Part shown: positions 46,801 to 59,065 of the stretch, one piece after another
Numbering within the stretch: position 1 is the first letter of the stretch
Layout: every line of letters starts with the position of its first letter
From: Macrostomum lignano
Taxonomy: Eukaryota
Reading direction: 5' to 3'
Length of the DNA: 64,000 bases
NCBI GenBank assembly: GCA_002269645.1
Contig: NIVC01000940.1
Location: 1-64,000 of the forward strand
Notes under the pieces: model-generated
What the model was told of the DNA's origin: nothing
Seen by the model: the letters and a program-made list of their open reading frames with translations, nothing else
Database searches by the model: none
Position numbers and translations under genes: made by a program

Positions 46801-49800
46801 GCTCATCACTGCATGAGAGATGAGACTATTTCTCTAGGCTGCAGAATATAGTTCGACTTGAACGAGTAAGGCCACTTAGGGGCCTGTGGCTGCACGCCAC
46901 TGCTAGTTGAGCTGTATTGTATCCAGTTAAGGCCACTTAGGAGCCTGTGGCTGCACGCCACTGCTAGTTGAGCTGTATTGTATCCAGTTAAGGCCACTTA
47001 GGGGCCTGTGGCTGCACGCCACTGCTAGTTGAGCTGTATTGTATCCAGTTAAGGCCACTTAGGAGCCTGTGGCTGCACGCCACTGCTAGTTGAACTGTAT
47101 TGTATCCAGTTAAGGCCACTTAGGAGCCTGTGGCTGCACGCCACTGCTAGTTGAGCTGAGAATTGAGCTGTACAGTATTCAGTGAAAACGGATAATCTAG
47201 ACATTGATACTGCATAGATTGAATGCAGCTGAGCTTTACTATAATTTTTTTTATTTCTGCTTCCAATTTTTAATCACACTAAGAAACTGAAAACGCCTTT
47301 ATCTCGTCTACAGTGAACTTGTTACTTGAATCTTAGCATTTTTTTTACTTTGCCAGTTAAGATCTTTTACATGCATTACAGGTGCAAAATTCGGTGCCTA
47401 AATTCTTTTCATTTCTAAGTATATCTATTCAATTTTAGTATAGTTGTTATCACATTTATCATGTTGTGTGAAGGCAATCTATTGACACGTTGTTATTAAA
47501 AGAAAGAGAATTCAATCATATCAGTTTATATTCCAAGTTAGTTGTTCATACTTTTTACGAATGTAGTTTTGTTTTCAAGTTGGTTTGTTTGTTGTTAACT
47601 TTGCTTTTAAGAACTCAAAAAATACTTGTTTGCAATTTTCCACTCCTGATTAGAGTGATTGCGCGTTTGCGCTTTTTTTCTCAAAACCAATTGCGCACCT
47701 GCGCACCTAGCAGGAGTGTCCGCAGCTTTTTTAAATTCGCTCCAATAGGGCTTTTATATACATATTCGCAAGTCATGGGACCCCCACTAAAGTCTATATC
47801 AAAGTTATGATCAACTGATTTTGACCATAGGCCTATTTGACCTAGTGGCTTAGCCAATAGTAAAAAGGTGACCTTTGTCACTTGCCACAAAAAGGTTTAG
47901 TAACAATATATTATTATCAGGGGCTTAATGCTATGGCCCAAAGTCCAAAAAGTAGACTTTATGCCTAAAAAAATCAGTGGTGTATATCATAAAAAAGTTG
48001 CCATAAGAACAACTTTATTCTTATAAAATTTTCATTGAAAATTATATTAGCATAAAATTGAAAACTTTAATTTTCATTTTGGCATATACCTACCATAATC
48101 TTGACTATATACTTAATGCAATATGTATTTAAAGGGTCCCTAATACACCTGACAACAACAACAAAATATGCGGCCTTGCAAGCAAAGGCCAAAGGTCACA
48201 TTTAAAGCAAGACATGTCAGATAGTGCACCACAGAGCCTGGGAATGAACAAAGTCCACTCCATTGGCAGTGTTGGGTGCCCCAGTGTTGCACAGTGAGCA
48301 GTCCTTATATTGATGGGTTTGGGCCTGACCCTGCCTTAATGGACCCTGCAAGGTGAGCAGCAGGTGCAAGGTGAGTAGCAGGTGCAAGGTGAGCAGCAGG
48401 TGCAAGGTGAGCAGCAGGTGCAAAGTGAGCAGCAGGTGCAAAGTGACAATCATAACACAAGGTTGTATACCTAACATAATCATGGTATATATTAAGGTCC
48501 TTGGTACACATGGTATATATCTATTTCTATGTATTATATTCTATGTATATAATAGAGCAATCTATTTGCTCTAAGGAAAAATAGAAGTCTTTGTTGAGTG
48601 TAATACATTGTATGCAAACTTTGCTATATAAGGGTAGTTACTTTTCTTTTTTTCTTTCTTTTCTTTCTTAATTTTAATTGAAAACCAACTATATTTAACC
48701 AAAACAACAGCTTTTGGGTGAAATACTATTTTAAAACCCAAATTTCTAGTTGCTATTCAATTTGATATGCATTTTTAGCTATCATGCTTAAGAATAGCCC
48801 ATTTTAAATTATTATAAATATATTATAAATAATTAGATATTTGTTGCTTCAATTTTTAGTCTCAAATTTGTTTAGGTTCTATTTATTTATTTAAAAATAT
48901 TCTATAGGGCCTGGCTTTAAGCAGTAGCATTTTATGTATTTACATTGTTTACTATGGCCATTAATAATCTTCTAATACTAAATGGTAGACTTCTAGATAG
49001 TATGCATTCCCTAAATGACAAACTAATGAGAAGTTTAAATATATCAATAATAATAAGAAAGTCAAACATATTTGTTCTATAGCATTATTTAAAAGTGTCC
49101 CTTAGCATCCTAGCACTTTCTGTCTTTGGTATATTAGCATTTCTCTGCTAATTTGAGGAGTCTTTGTGCCTTTGAGAATTCGCATAAATGAGTTTGTTTT
49201 ATCTGCAATGCAATCTGCAATCTTGCAATCTGCAATGCAAGGCAAGTGGGCTAATTATCAACTACCTGCTCCACACCTTATCTGACAGATCAAAGGAGGT
49301 TCGCTACCAGCAGTACAGGCCCCTGTTCCCTGCTGGTGAGCACCTGGCCTTGGCTGACCACCCCGATGGCAGTCTGGGCTTCCTGCACCCGCTGAACCGC
49401 AGCCGGCAGGATTACCTGCTCATGCTGTATGCGCCCTGGGATGCCGAGTCTGTCCAGGCCAAGCCCACGTTTTCGTCTCTGGCCTTGCTTAATCCTCAGC
49501 TGACCTTTGCCGCTGTGGCCTGCTGGAATGTCTCCAGTGAGTTCTGCTGGGATGCGCGTGTCATGGCAAATTGCCTGAGCTTTTGTGGAGCTCTGAACTT
49601 TTTATGGTTTGCTTTGCTATTGAGTACAGTGTGATTCAAACTGAGTTTTGTGGCTGTGCCGCCACCCTCCCAGATTTTCAGTTGCTGGGCCAGCCTTCCA
49701 GATCCTCAGTCGCTGGGCCACACTCTCAGATCCTCAGTTGCTGGGCCAGCCTCCCAGATCCTCAGTTGCTGGGCCAGCCTTCCAGATCCTCAGTCGCTGG

Positions 49801-52800
49801 GCCACACTCTCAGATCCTCAGTTGCTGGGCCAGCCTCCCAGATCCTCAGTTGCTGGGCCACCCTCCCAGATCCTCAGTTGCTGGGCCACCCTCCCAGATC
49901 CTCAGTTGCTGGGCCACCCTCCCAGATCCTCAGTTGCTGGGCCACCCAGATCCTCAGTTGCTGGGCCACCCTCCCAGATCCTCAGTTGCTGGGCCACCCT
50001 CCCAGATCCTCAGTTGCTGGGGCACTCTCAGCCCCTCAAGGCCATCATTGAAGACAGGTCTTCAACCCCGACCTCCCCCAGGCGAGTGCTGGCAGCGGTT
50101 CCGCACCGTCCGCTTCCCAGCCTTCGTGCTGCTGCTGCCGGGCCTCAGCGAAGTCGCTTACTCTGGACCACTCGACCTGACGCACCTGCAGCGCTTCCTG
50201 ACGGAGGCTCCGCTGGGCTACCGGACTGTCCGTTCCGATGCCGAGCTGTTGAAGTTCACGCAGCTGTACGATGTGAGTGCCGGGTGTACTTTTTGCGAGA
50301 ATGCGCCTGGTATGGGGTGAGATTTCCGCTGCCGTGTCTGGAGATGGAGGAGAGATTTCCGTCTGTCGTGTCTGAGGATGGAGGTGAGATTTCCGTCTGT
50401 CGTGTCTGGGATGGGGTGAGATTTCCGTCTGTCGTGTCTGGGGATGGAGGTGAGATTTCCGTCTGTCGTGTCTGGGATGGGGTGAGATTTCCGTCTGTCG
50501 TGTCTGGGATGGGGTGAGATTTCCGTCTGTCGTGTCTGGGGATGGGGTGAGATTTCCGTCTGTCGTGTCTGGGATGGGGTGAGATTTTCGTCTGTCGTGT
50601 CTGGGGATGAAGGTGAGATTTCCGTCTGTCGTGTCTGGGGATGGGGTGAGATTTCCGTCTGTCGTGTCTGGGATGGGGTGAGATTTCCGTCTGTCGTGTC
50701 TGGAGATGGATGTGAGATTTCCGTCTACCATGTCTGAAATGGGGTGAGATTTCCGTCTGTCGTGTCTGGGGATGGAGGTGAGATTTCCGTCTGCCATGTC
50801 TGGGATGGGGTGAGATTTCCGTCTGCCATGTCTGGGATGGGGTGAGATTTCCGTCTGTCGTGTCTGGAGATGGATGTGAGATTTCCGTCTGCCATGTCTG
50901 GGATGGGGTGAGATTTCCGGCTGTCGTGTCTGGAGATGGATGTGAGATTTCCGTCTGCCATGTCTGGGATGGGGTGAGATTTCCGTCTGCCGTGTCTGGG
51001 ATGGGGTGAGATTTCCGTCTGCAGTGTTTGGAGTTTTTGGGTACTCTATTAGAACAGATTTGTAGTGGGTAAAAGTGCAAGATCTGTGTACTTTAGATTA
51101 TTCCCTAAAATCTCCCCTTTTTCCCAGCCTATAGACTGTGGCCTGTGGGCCAGGTAAATTTCACATATTATCGAATATGTGAATTGCTATTTGTGATCAA
51201 GCTTGTGTCACCATTTTTTAATTAATGCTACTGTAAGTAATGATGTCCTTTCTCTTCAGTTTGTTTTTCTTGACATCGCTAATGCGCTCTCTGAAATGTT
51301 GAATCTTACTGTGTGCCTGTCTTCTCTGTCCATTGTGTCTTCTTTTCGTTGTCTAGATCTTCCAATTTCGTATCGTATTATTGAGTCCTCGGTGTGCAAG
51401 TGCTCACTCTGGCGAATCCCCACAGAATGTGCTCATCGGCTGCTACAACCTGTCTGCGGGGCCCGCGATCCCCGGACTGCACCAGTTCTATGCCGCCTCG
51501 GTGCACGCCTTCGACATGTTCGCCTCGGTGCCGTTCCTGCTGCCCGAGTTCGACACCTCTGACAAGTTCCAGTGCGGCCACAATGGCCAGATCATTCTGT
51601 TGCGCAGCGAGGACGTGGCTCTGGTAGGTTGGTGTGCGTCTGGTAGCTTAGTTTGAAGTCTGGTAGCTTAGTTTGAAGTCTGGTAGCTTAGTTTGAAGTC
51701 TGGTAGCTTAGTTTGAAGTCTGGTAGCTTAGTTTGAAGTCTGGTAGCTTAGTTTGAAGTCTGGTAGCTTAGTTTGAAGTCTGGTAGCTTAGTCTGGTAGC
51801 TTAGTCTGAAGTCTGGTAGCTTAGTTTGAAGTCTGGTAGGTTGGTTTGAAGTCTGGTAGGTTGGTTTGAAGTCTGGTAGGTTGGTTTGAAGTCTGGTAGG
51901 TTGGTTTGAAGTCTGATAGATTAGTGTGGGTCTGGTGGCTTAGTTTGAAGATTGGTAGGTTAGCTTGCAGTCTAGTAGGTTGCTGTGGGTCTGGTAGCTT
52001 AGTTTGAAGTCTAGTAGGTTACTTGTGTGTTTATAAAGTAGGTTGGATGTGCATAAAATTGTGGGTCTGTCAGGCAGGAAGCGAAACGAAGTAGTGACTT
52101 GTTTGTATGCTGCCAATTCAGCAAATGTATTTTGGTGGTTAAGTCAAGATGATTCAGCAAAGCACAGTGCGCCTGAGCACGCCTCATCATGCTCTTTGCA
52201 TTATCCATTCGGTTCGTTTTTCGGCATCGTCCGCTTCTCGCCCTCTCCTTCCCCAGACACCGGACATCGCCCGTCCCCTGAGCTGCTCGGAGCTGCTCGG
52301 CTGGCTGCGGCAGCACCGGCGGCCGTCGCGGCTCTCCGTGCTGCAGTCCCCTGGCAGCAAGTCGCGCCGCCTCGCCGACCAGCTGCTGCTGCCCGCCAGG
52401 CCCGCAGCGGTGGCGCGGCCCGTCCTGCTGCTGTTCGAGCCCGGACCGCGGCACTGGGACTCTCCCGGCCTCAGCTGGCTGCGCTTCGTTGACGCGGTGT
52501 ACGCGCGAGGCTGCAACGCCAGCGGTGGAGGCTCCGACGCTGAGGCCGACGGTGCCGCCGAAGCTGACGACAGCGCGGAGTCCGCAGACGGCTTCGACAC
52601 GGCCATTGCCGCCGCCTTGGCGCGGGTGGCGCACGACCGGCGGCTGGCGGCTGAGGCGGCCTCTCTTCGCCGGGTTTGCTCGGACCTCGCCGTCTCCAAG
52701 GAGCTCGCCGGCGGTTGCTATGCGCCAGTTGCGACGGCCTGGCAGCGGCTTTTCGGCCAGCGGCCATCGGCCTCGGAGGCCATGATGCTCAGCGGCCGCC

Positions 52801-53999
52801 TGCACCGGCTCTGCCTGCTGGCCAGCCTCTCCGCCTCATCGCCGCACCCGCCCGACCGTCTGTCTGGCTTCTCCGCAGCAGCCGCATCGCCTCAGCTGAT
52901 CGCCGCCGCCCGCAGCCTTCACCGCCTTGCCTGCGCTGCCGGCGGCAACCGGACACTCGGCCTGGCGCTGGCCAGCTCCCGTCTGCACCCGCAGCTTCTC
53001 CGCGGCCTCCTCGGCCCCGCCGCCAGCACGGCTGTCCGCCACGCCGTCATTGTTGACCTGGCCGACGGCGGCGGCTCCGCCACCCGACTGCCCGGCCCGG
53101 CCAGCCTGCAGGCCATCTTGGAGCTCCTCACGCGCCACCACGCCGGCGAGCTCCGCCCGTTCCGCCGGCCGCCAATGCAGCCGTTGATGTCGCCGTCCCG
53201 GACCGCCCTGCCGGCGACCCTCACCGCTGCCAATCTGCCCGGCTTCGCGCTGAACCGCAGCCGCGACGCTTTGGTGCTGTTCCATTCCCCCGCCTGTGTC
53301 TACTGCGCCCCGCTAGTTGCCATGACAACCAGACTGTCGCTGCTGTTCGGCAGCCGGCTGCCCGTCGGCTTTGTCGACGTGTCCGCCAACGATCTGGACG
53401 CCACCTGGCGGCCGTCCCGGCTGCCGGCCCTTTTACTGTTCCCCGGGGATGCCGGGTCCGACCCGGTGCCCTACACCGGTCCGGCCACCGCTGCCGGCCT
53501 GCTGGACTTCCTCGCGCGCCACTCAGCCGCCTCGATCGGGCCGCGCGCCTGGGTCGGCCTGGCGCCCTGCCGCGGCAGCTGTCCGGCCTGGCAGGCCGAG
53601 AGGCTGGCCGACCACGCCGTCCGGCTGCAGGCCCGGCTGGACGGGGCGCTCGAGCTCGCGCAGTTCGCCGGCGACCGACTGGCCGAGGCCCACTGGCAAC
53701 TCGGCCGCCTCATCGTTGGCAACTGGAGGCGGCTGGCCGGCGCCAGTGACTTGCTGGAGCCGGCCAGCGATGCCGGTGATGCAGTGTCGCTGCGACTTCG
53801 GGCTCGCGCTTTCGGCCACGTGCTGGCCCGCTGCGCCAGGCTGGTGGACGCCTGCGCCAGGAAGCGGGACCGCAGCCTGCAGCTGCTGGCCCGGCTGCGG
53901 CGCCTGCTGGCCGACAATGCGGCTGCCGATGCGTCCGGCGAGGTCGAGGTCGACTGGCTGCAGCTGGCTGGTGGAGCCGCCGACCAATGGGCCGACTGA
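40805..53999 (+). CDS. TXNDC11: Thioredoxin domain-containing protein 11-like (type II ER membrane protein), 5 exons: 40805-41085, 49289-49536, 50082-50272, 51426-51623, 52257-53999 (886 aa)
   Basis: A TM segment followed by R|SKEV (TXNDC11 has SRAKDV here). Trx-like domain 1: LMLYAPWDAES...AVACW...EC...FP...Y.GP. Then LIGCYNL..PAIPGLHQFY. Trx domain 2: LVLFHSPACVYC...VDVSANDL...LPALLLFP. C-terminal helical region. Phases are consistent (2,1,0,0). Exon 1 is less certain than exons 2-5. Confidence 0.82.
41727..42210. mobile_element. ~480-bp MITE/foldback with 60-85 bp imperfect TIRs in TXNDC11 intron 1
   Basis: TATTGGCAATTTCCTAGATT (41737-41756) is a perfect inverted repeat of 42184-42203, and pairing extends imperfectly inwards and outwards. 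The TA-rich ends leave the TSD and superfamily undetermined. Confidence 0.75.
42818..44140. repeat. 59-bp minisatellite in the left subterminal region of the hAT-like element
   Basis: About 22 copies of GCGCGTAATGTTACTAGCATATATGTAGATCTGCACGCAGCGCGCACCATGCACCTTGT. Confidence 0.96.
45094..46711 (+). CDS. hAT-like transposase, intact 3' exon (~538 codons); N-terminal exon(s) not found
   Basis: After the acceptor TTTTGTAG (45086-45093): LNLVVTD (the motif following hAT CxxH), KTRFVSS (TRW-like), S.AFVTELLIFSEVM, and C-terminal CPEAIVESLYTSM at the expected catalytic-Glu position. No stops in the frame. Confidence 0.7.
46865..47158. repeat. 61-bp minisatellite in the right part of the hAT-like element
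   Basis: About 5 copies of GTTAAGGCCACTTAGGAGCCTGTGGCTGCACGCCACTGCTAGTTGAGCTGTATTGTATCCA. Confidence 0.95.
48346..48443. repeat. 18-bp minisatellite
   Basis: About 5 copies of GCAGGTGCAAGGTGAGCA. Confidence 0.9.
49655..50025. repeat. 28-bp minisatellite in TXNDC11 intron 2
   Basis: CCCAGATCCTCAGTTGCTGGGCCACCCT variants. Confidence 0.94.
50312..51022. repeat. ~32-bp minisatellite in TXNDC11 intron 3
   Basis: GAGATTTCCGTCTGTCGTGTCTGGGATGGGGT variants. Confidence 0.94.
51639..52020. repeat. 20-bp minisatellite in TXNDC11 intron 4
   Basis: TCTGGTAGCTTAGTTTGAAG variants. Confidence 0.94.
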
Positions 54000-54057
54000 G
54001 GGGCTTTGGTTGCTAGTGGGATTCGATTGTGTATTGGATTTGAATGTTTATGGGATT

Positions 54058-54620
54058 TGACTGTCAGTGGGAGTCGATTGTCAGTGAGAGTCGATTGTCA
54101 GTGAGAGTCGATTGTCAGTGGGAGTCGATTGTCAGTGGGAGTCGATTGTCAGTGAGTGTCGATTGTAAGTAAGTGTCGATTGTCAGCGGGAGTCGATTGT
54201 CAGTGAGAGTCGATTGTCAGTGGGAGTCGATTGTCAGTGGGAGTCGATTGTCAGTGAGTGTCGATTGTAAGTAAGTGTCGATTGTCAGCGGGAGTCGATT
54301 GTCAATGAGAGTCGATTGTCAGTGAGAGTCGATTGTCAGTAAGTGTCGATTGTCAGTGAGAGTCGATTGTCAGTGGGAGTCGATTGTCAGTGGGAGTCGA
54401 TTGTCAGTAAGTGTCGATTGTCAGTGGGAGTCGATTGTCAGTAAGTGTCGATTGTCAGTGGGAGTCGATTGTCAGTAAGTGTCGATTGTCAGTGAGAGTC
54501 GATTGTCAATGAGAGTCGATTGTCAGTGGGAGTCGACTGTCAGTGAGTGTCGATTGTCAGTGGGAGTCGATTGTCAGTAGTGTCGATGGTCAGTAAGTGT
54601 CGATGGTCAGTGGGAGTCGA
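54058..54620. repeat. 17-bp minisatellite downstream of TXNDC11
   Basis: About 33 copies of GTCGATTGTCAGTGGGA variants. Confidence 0.95.
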
Positions 54621-55307
54621 TAGCCGTATTTCAAGTGCCAAAGCGATCTCTCGGATGTTCAACTCAAGCTGATTCTGTAATTATTGAACCTGTGATGCCT
54701 CAATACTGATTCGCTAGTCCCGTGTTCCTTGAGTGCGAAATCGGCTTTAATTCGGAATAATCCAGTTTGCAAATTCAGCATGCCAATCAGTGCGTTTCCA
54801 GGTGCATTTTGTCTATCGGAGCCGAGCGTCTAATCCATTCAGTTTAATCTGCCTAGTGCTGTCGGTAATTCGGTCTTTCCTTTGCTAGCCTCTTCTGTTC
54901 TGTCTGTCTCTCTGAGATGTCGCTTGAGTTGCCTCTGGCTTGAGCATCATCGGTTGTTTATTGCGTTACAATGCCCCCCCCCCTGCGCCGTCTCCGCTCA
55001 CACATCTTGCCTAGCTTTGCTTTGGTTGCCAAAGGCGGCTGTGTCTCTCTCCTCATTTCCATATATATGTATGTTGTAGTAGTGCTCAAGCTTTTTGAGT
55101 ATAGTTGGTCAGCAATAGAGATAGAGATAGTCTGCTCACATTCTGAATTCTTCGTGACGCATGTCGGTGGGCAAAGCTCTAAATTGCCATTCACAAAGTA
55201 AATTCTTTTTTACGAGTAATTATTTGTTGATTCTTAATGCCGGTCTGCATTCAAAACTTCTTTTATTTTTATCGTGTTTTTGTAGGAACACAAAGTAATC
55301 TTAGGGC

Positions 55308-56100
55308 ACTCCCTGCATCTCACCTGCAGTCTCCTACAGCCACTCCCTGCATCTCACCTGCAGTCTCCTACAGCCACTCCCTGCATCTCACCTGCAGTCT
55401 CCTACAGCCACTCCCTGCATCTCACCCGCAGTCTCCTACAGCCATTATCTACATCTCACCTGCACTCCTACAGCCACTCCCTGCATCTCACCTGCAGTCT
55501 CCTACAGCTATTACCTACATCTCACCTGCAGTCTCCTACAGCCATTACCTACATCTCACCCGCAGTCTCCTACAGCCATTATCTACATCTCACCTGCACT
55601 CCTACAGCCACTCCCTGCATCTCACCTGCAGTCTCCTACAGCTATTACCTACATCTCACCTGCAGTCTCCTACAGCCATTACCTACATCTCACCTGCAGT
55701 CTCCTACAGCCACTCCCTGCATCTCACCTGCAGTCTCCTACAGCTATTACCTACATCTCACCTGCAGTCTCCTACAGCTATTACCTACATCTCACCTGCA
55801 GTCTCCTACAGCCATTACCTACATCTCACCCGCAGTCTCCTACAGCCATTATCTACATCTCACCTGCACTCCTACAGCCACTCCCTGCATCTCACCTGCA
55901 GTCTCCTACAGGTATTACCTACATCTCACCTGCAGTCTCCTACAGCCATTACCTACATCTCACCCGCAGTCTCCTACAGCCATTATCTACATCTCACCTG
56001 CAGTCTCCTACAGCCACTCCCTGCATCTCACCTGCAGGCTGCAGCCTCCATCCACTCACTTGCAGCCTCCAGCCATTCCCTGCATCTCACCTGCAGTCTC
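55308..56100. repeat. ~34-bp minisatellite upstream of SNRPC
   Basis: CACCTGCAGTCTCCTACAGCCACTCCCTGCATCT variants. Confidence 0.94.
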
Positions 56101-56208
56101 ATCTGGCCATTCTGAACTCGTACATTTTTACTAACAGTAGGATAAAAGGAACAGGCATAAAAAGTTCTAAGCCAGCGAATTCATCTGCACGCCGCAAACT
56201 TTGCAGCC

Positions 56209-56766
56209 ATGCCGAAGTTTTACTGCGACTACTGCGACACCTTCCTGACGCACGACTCGCGTTCGGTGCGCAAGACGCACTGCAGCGGCCGGCACCACCG
56301 GGATGCAGTTCGCATGTACTACCAGAAATGGCTGGAGGAGCAGGTGCAGAAGCTGGTTGACAACACAACCGCCGCGTTCAAGTCCGGCGCTGCCAGGCCT
56401 GGCCGCGGCCCGCCCATGTCCATGCCGCCGCCGCCGCCTACCTCTGCCGGATTCCACCAGGCTCCGCCGTCGCTGCCGCCGCCGCCGATGCCTCCGGGTG
56501 CGCGCGGCGGCCCGCCAGCCGGGGCGATGATCCCCCCGCCGGTGAGCCTCGGCCACCACCAGCAGCCGCCGCATCACCATCCGTACGGCGCCGGCCCGCC
56601 GCCCGGCTTCCGCGGTGGCCCGCCGCCGCCTCCGTCTGGCGTGGCCGGTGGCGGCCTCGGCGGCATTGGGGGACACCGGATGCCGCCCATGCTGGGGCCG
56701 CCCAGGGGCTTCCCGCCCAGGCACGGCCCGATGGGCGGCGGCCTGCCGCCTCACGGCATGCGCTGA
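56209..56766 (+). CDS. SNRPC: U1 snRNP protein C, single coding exon (185 aa)
   Basis: [58 protein letters not shown] (matrin-type zinc finger) plus a Pro/Gly-rich tail. Confidence 0.97.
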   Translation: MPKFYCDYCDTFLTHDSRSVRKTHCSGRHHRDAVRMYYQKWLEEQVQKLVDNTTAAFKSGAARPGRGPPMSMPPPPPTSAGFHQAPPSLPPPPMPPGARGGPPAGAMIPPPVSLGHHQQPPHHHPYGAGPPPGFRGGPPPPPSGVAGGGLGGIGGHRMPPMLGPPRGFPPRHGPMGGGLPPHGMR

Positions 56767-57156
56767 TGGGCGCAGATTGAAAAAGAATTCGCAAGTCTCT
56801 ACTTTGTACAGTAGTATGCTAAGCTGATTATTAGGCTTAAGTTTTTTAAAGACAAAACAAGCATCTTGTTCCGTTTGTTTGTTCCCATTATCCGTCGGGA
56901 GTTGAGTGTAGTGTAAAAATTATGCAATTCCTACCCTAACCCTGCAAGCTTATTCTGTGCAAGTTTTAAATAATTTTTTGCATGAAATCGTAAAATATAT
57001 TAGCAAGGCTTCAGTCAGTGTTGCTAGGCAACCGCTATTTAAGGCTTTTTACTTCCATTTGTTTTAGTTGTACTTGCTGTAGCTCTGAAATTGCATTTTT
57101 CAGCTCTGTGGGTGAAAGTTTTAGTGCATTTTCATGGATGAGTTGGCTTTTGCATT

Positions 57157-57858
57157 CTGACTGTTGAGATATGCATTGGCCTAGGGATGAGATCTATAGC
57201 ATTCTGACTGTTAAGATATGCATTGGCCTAGGGGTGAGATCTATAGCATTCTGACTGTTAAGATATGCATTGGCCTAGGGGTGAGATCTATAGCATTCTG
57301 GGTAATGAGATAATGCATAGGCCTAGGTGGTGAGATCTATAGCATTCTGGCTAATAAGATAATGCATAGCCCTAGGGGGGTGAGATCTATAGCATTCTAG
57401 CTAATGAGATAATGCATAGGCCTAGGGGGTGAGATCTATAGCATTCTAGCTAATGAGATAATGCATAGGCCTAGGGGGGTGAGATCTATAGCATTCTAGC
57501 TAATGAAATAATGCATAGGCCTAGGGGGTGAGATCTATAGCATTCTAGCTAATGAGATATGCATAGGCCTAGGTGGTGAGATCTATAGCATTCTAGCTAA
57601 TGAGATAATGCATAGGTCTAGGGGTGAGATCTATAGCATTCTAGCTAATGAGATAATGCATAGGCCTAGGGGGTGAGATCTATAGCATTCTAGCTAATGA
57701 GATAATGCATAGGCCTAGGGGTGAGATCTATAGCATTCTAGCTAATGAGATAATGCATAGGCCTAGGGGTGAGATCTATAGCATTCTAGCTAATGAGATA
57801 ATGCATAGGCCTAGGTGGTGAGATCTATAGCATTCTGGCTAATGAGATAATGCATAGG
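57157..57858. repeat. ~48-bp minisatellite upstream of RPL22
   Basis: About 14 copies of GAGATCTATAGCATTCTAGCTAATGAGATAATGCATAGGCCTAGGGGT. Confidence 0.95.
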
Positions 57859-57933
57859 TGTAGGGGATTTAGGCGTTCTGTGGTGCAATCAAGCCTTGGC
57901 AACCCTCATCCCCGCCATCTGGTGCATGCCGCA

Positions 57934-58320
57934 ATGCCGAAGGTGCCACGCCGGTCCAACCTGAAGGGCAAGAAGAAGAAGCAGACCAGCAAGTTCGTGC
58001 TGGACTGCACGCACCCCGTTGAGGACGGCATCATGGACGTGGCAAGCTTTGAGAAGTTCCTCACCGAGCGCATCAAGGTGCAGGGCAAGACCAACAACCT
58101 GCAGAACCTGGTGAACGTTGAGCGCAACAAGAGCAAGGTGACGGTCACAGCCGACATCCCGTTCTCCAAGCGGTACCTCAAGTACCTGACCAAGAAGTAC
58201 CTGAAGAAGAACTCGCTGCGCGACTGGCTGCGGGTGGTCGCCTCCAACCGGGAGACCTTCGAGCTGCGCTACTTCAACATCAACAGCGAGGAGGCGGACG
58301 AGGACGCTGGCGAGGACTGA
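57934..58320 (+). CDS. RPL22: 60S ribosomal protein L22 (eL22), single coding exon (128 aa)
   Basis: [37 protein letters not shown]...[28 protein letters not shown]...ELRYFNI. The start at 57934 (MPKV) is preferred over the ORF-track ATG, which lies in the repeat. Confidence 0.96.
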   Translation: MPKVPRRSNLKGKKKKQTSKFVLDCTHPVEDGIMDVASFEKFLTERIKVQGKTNNLQNLVNVERNKSKVTVTADIPFSKRYLKYLTKKYLKKNSLRDWLRVVASNRETFELRYFNINSEEADEDAGED

Positions 58321-58699
58321 TTTGAAAGACTTGATGTTGCTGACTGGGGCATGCGTGTGCTAGCAGAGTTTGAGTGAGCATCGTCTTGATAATATACTGG
58401 GGTGCTTCATTCGCACCTGTGAGCCTGTTGTCCGCCTTGCGCTGCACTGCCGCTGGCGTGGATTCAATTTCACTCGAGTTCCTTCCCGCTTATTTATTTC
58501 CAGAGTAGCCAGCAGCCCCGCCTAGTCCGCTGTAAACTTTAGATTGCTTAGCCAGGCATGCGCGTGAAAAACTTGACACATTTGCATGCCGACTGAGTAT
58601 TCAGAGAATGCACCGTAATAATTTTGCTGCTTTTGACAATTGGGCTAATAATGTATGCTTATAACAGTGTTGCTTATTGAATCACTGTTGGGACATCAA

Positions 58700-59065
58700 G
58701 CTTGGACCATTTGGCCATTGGGACACTGTCAGCTGCAGCATGTGCTTTGACCATTTGGACCATTGGGACACTGTCAGCTGCAGCATGTGCTTTGACCATT
58801 TGGACCATTGGGACACTGTCAGCTGCAGCATGTGCTTTGACCATTTGGACCATTGGGACACTGTCAGCTGCAGCATGTGCTTTGACCATTTGGACCATTG
58901 GGACACTGTCAGCTGCAGCATGTGCTTTGACCATTTGGACCATTGGGACACTGTCAGCTGCAGCATGTGCTTTGACCATTTGGACCATTGGGACACTGTC
59001 AGCTGCAGCATGTGCTTTGACCACTTGGATTATTGGGACACTGTCAGCTGCAGCATGTGCTTTGA
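58700..59065. repeat. 45-bp minisatellite
   Basis: About 8 copies of GACCATTGGGACACTGTCAGCTGCAGCATGTGCTTTGACCATTTG. Confidence 0.96.

Larger units (their letters stand above)
42720..47750 (+). mobile_element. 5031-bp hAT-like DNA transposon (internal-deletion derivative) in TXNDC11 intron 1
   Basis: TIRs CCCCATTAGAGCGAAT / ATTCGCTCCAATAGGG (14/16), a shared subterminal TGCGGACA, and 8-bp TSD CTTTTATA at 42712-42719 and 47751-47758. Contains a transposase-like ORF. Confidence 0.82.

Noticed and set aside
48190-48320. Minus-strand Cys-rich segment (CSLC...WCTI*H) resembling a PHD relic
   Set aside because: It is interrupted by stops and the ligand spacing is unconvincing.
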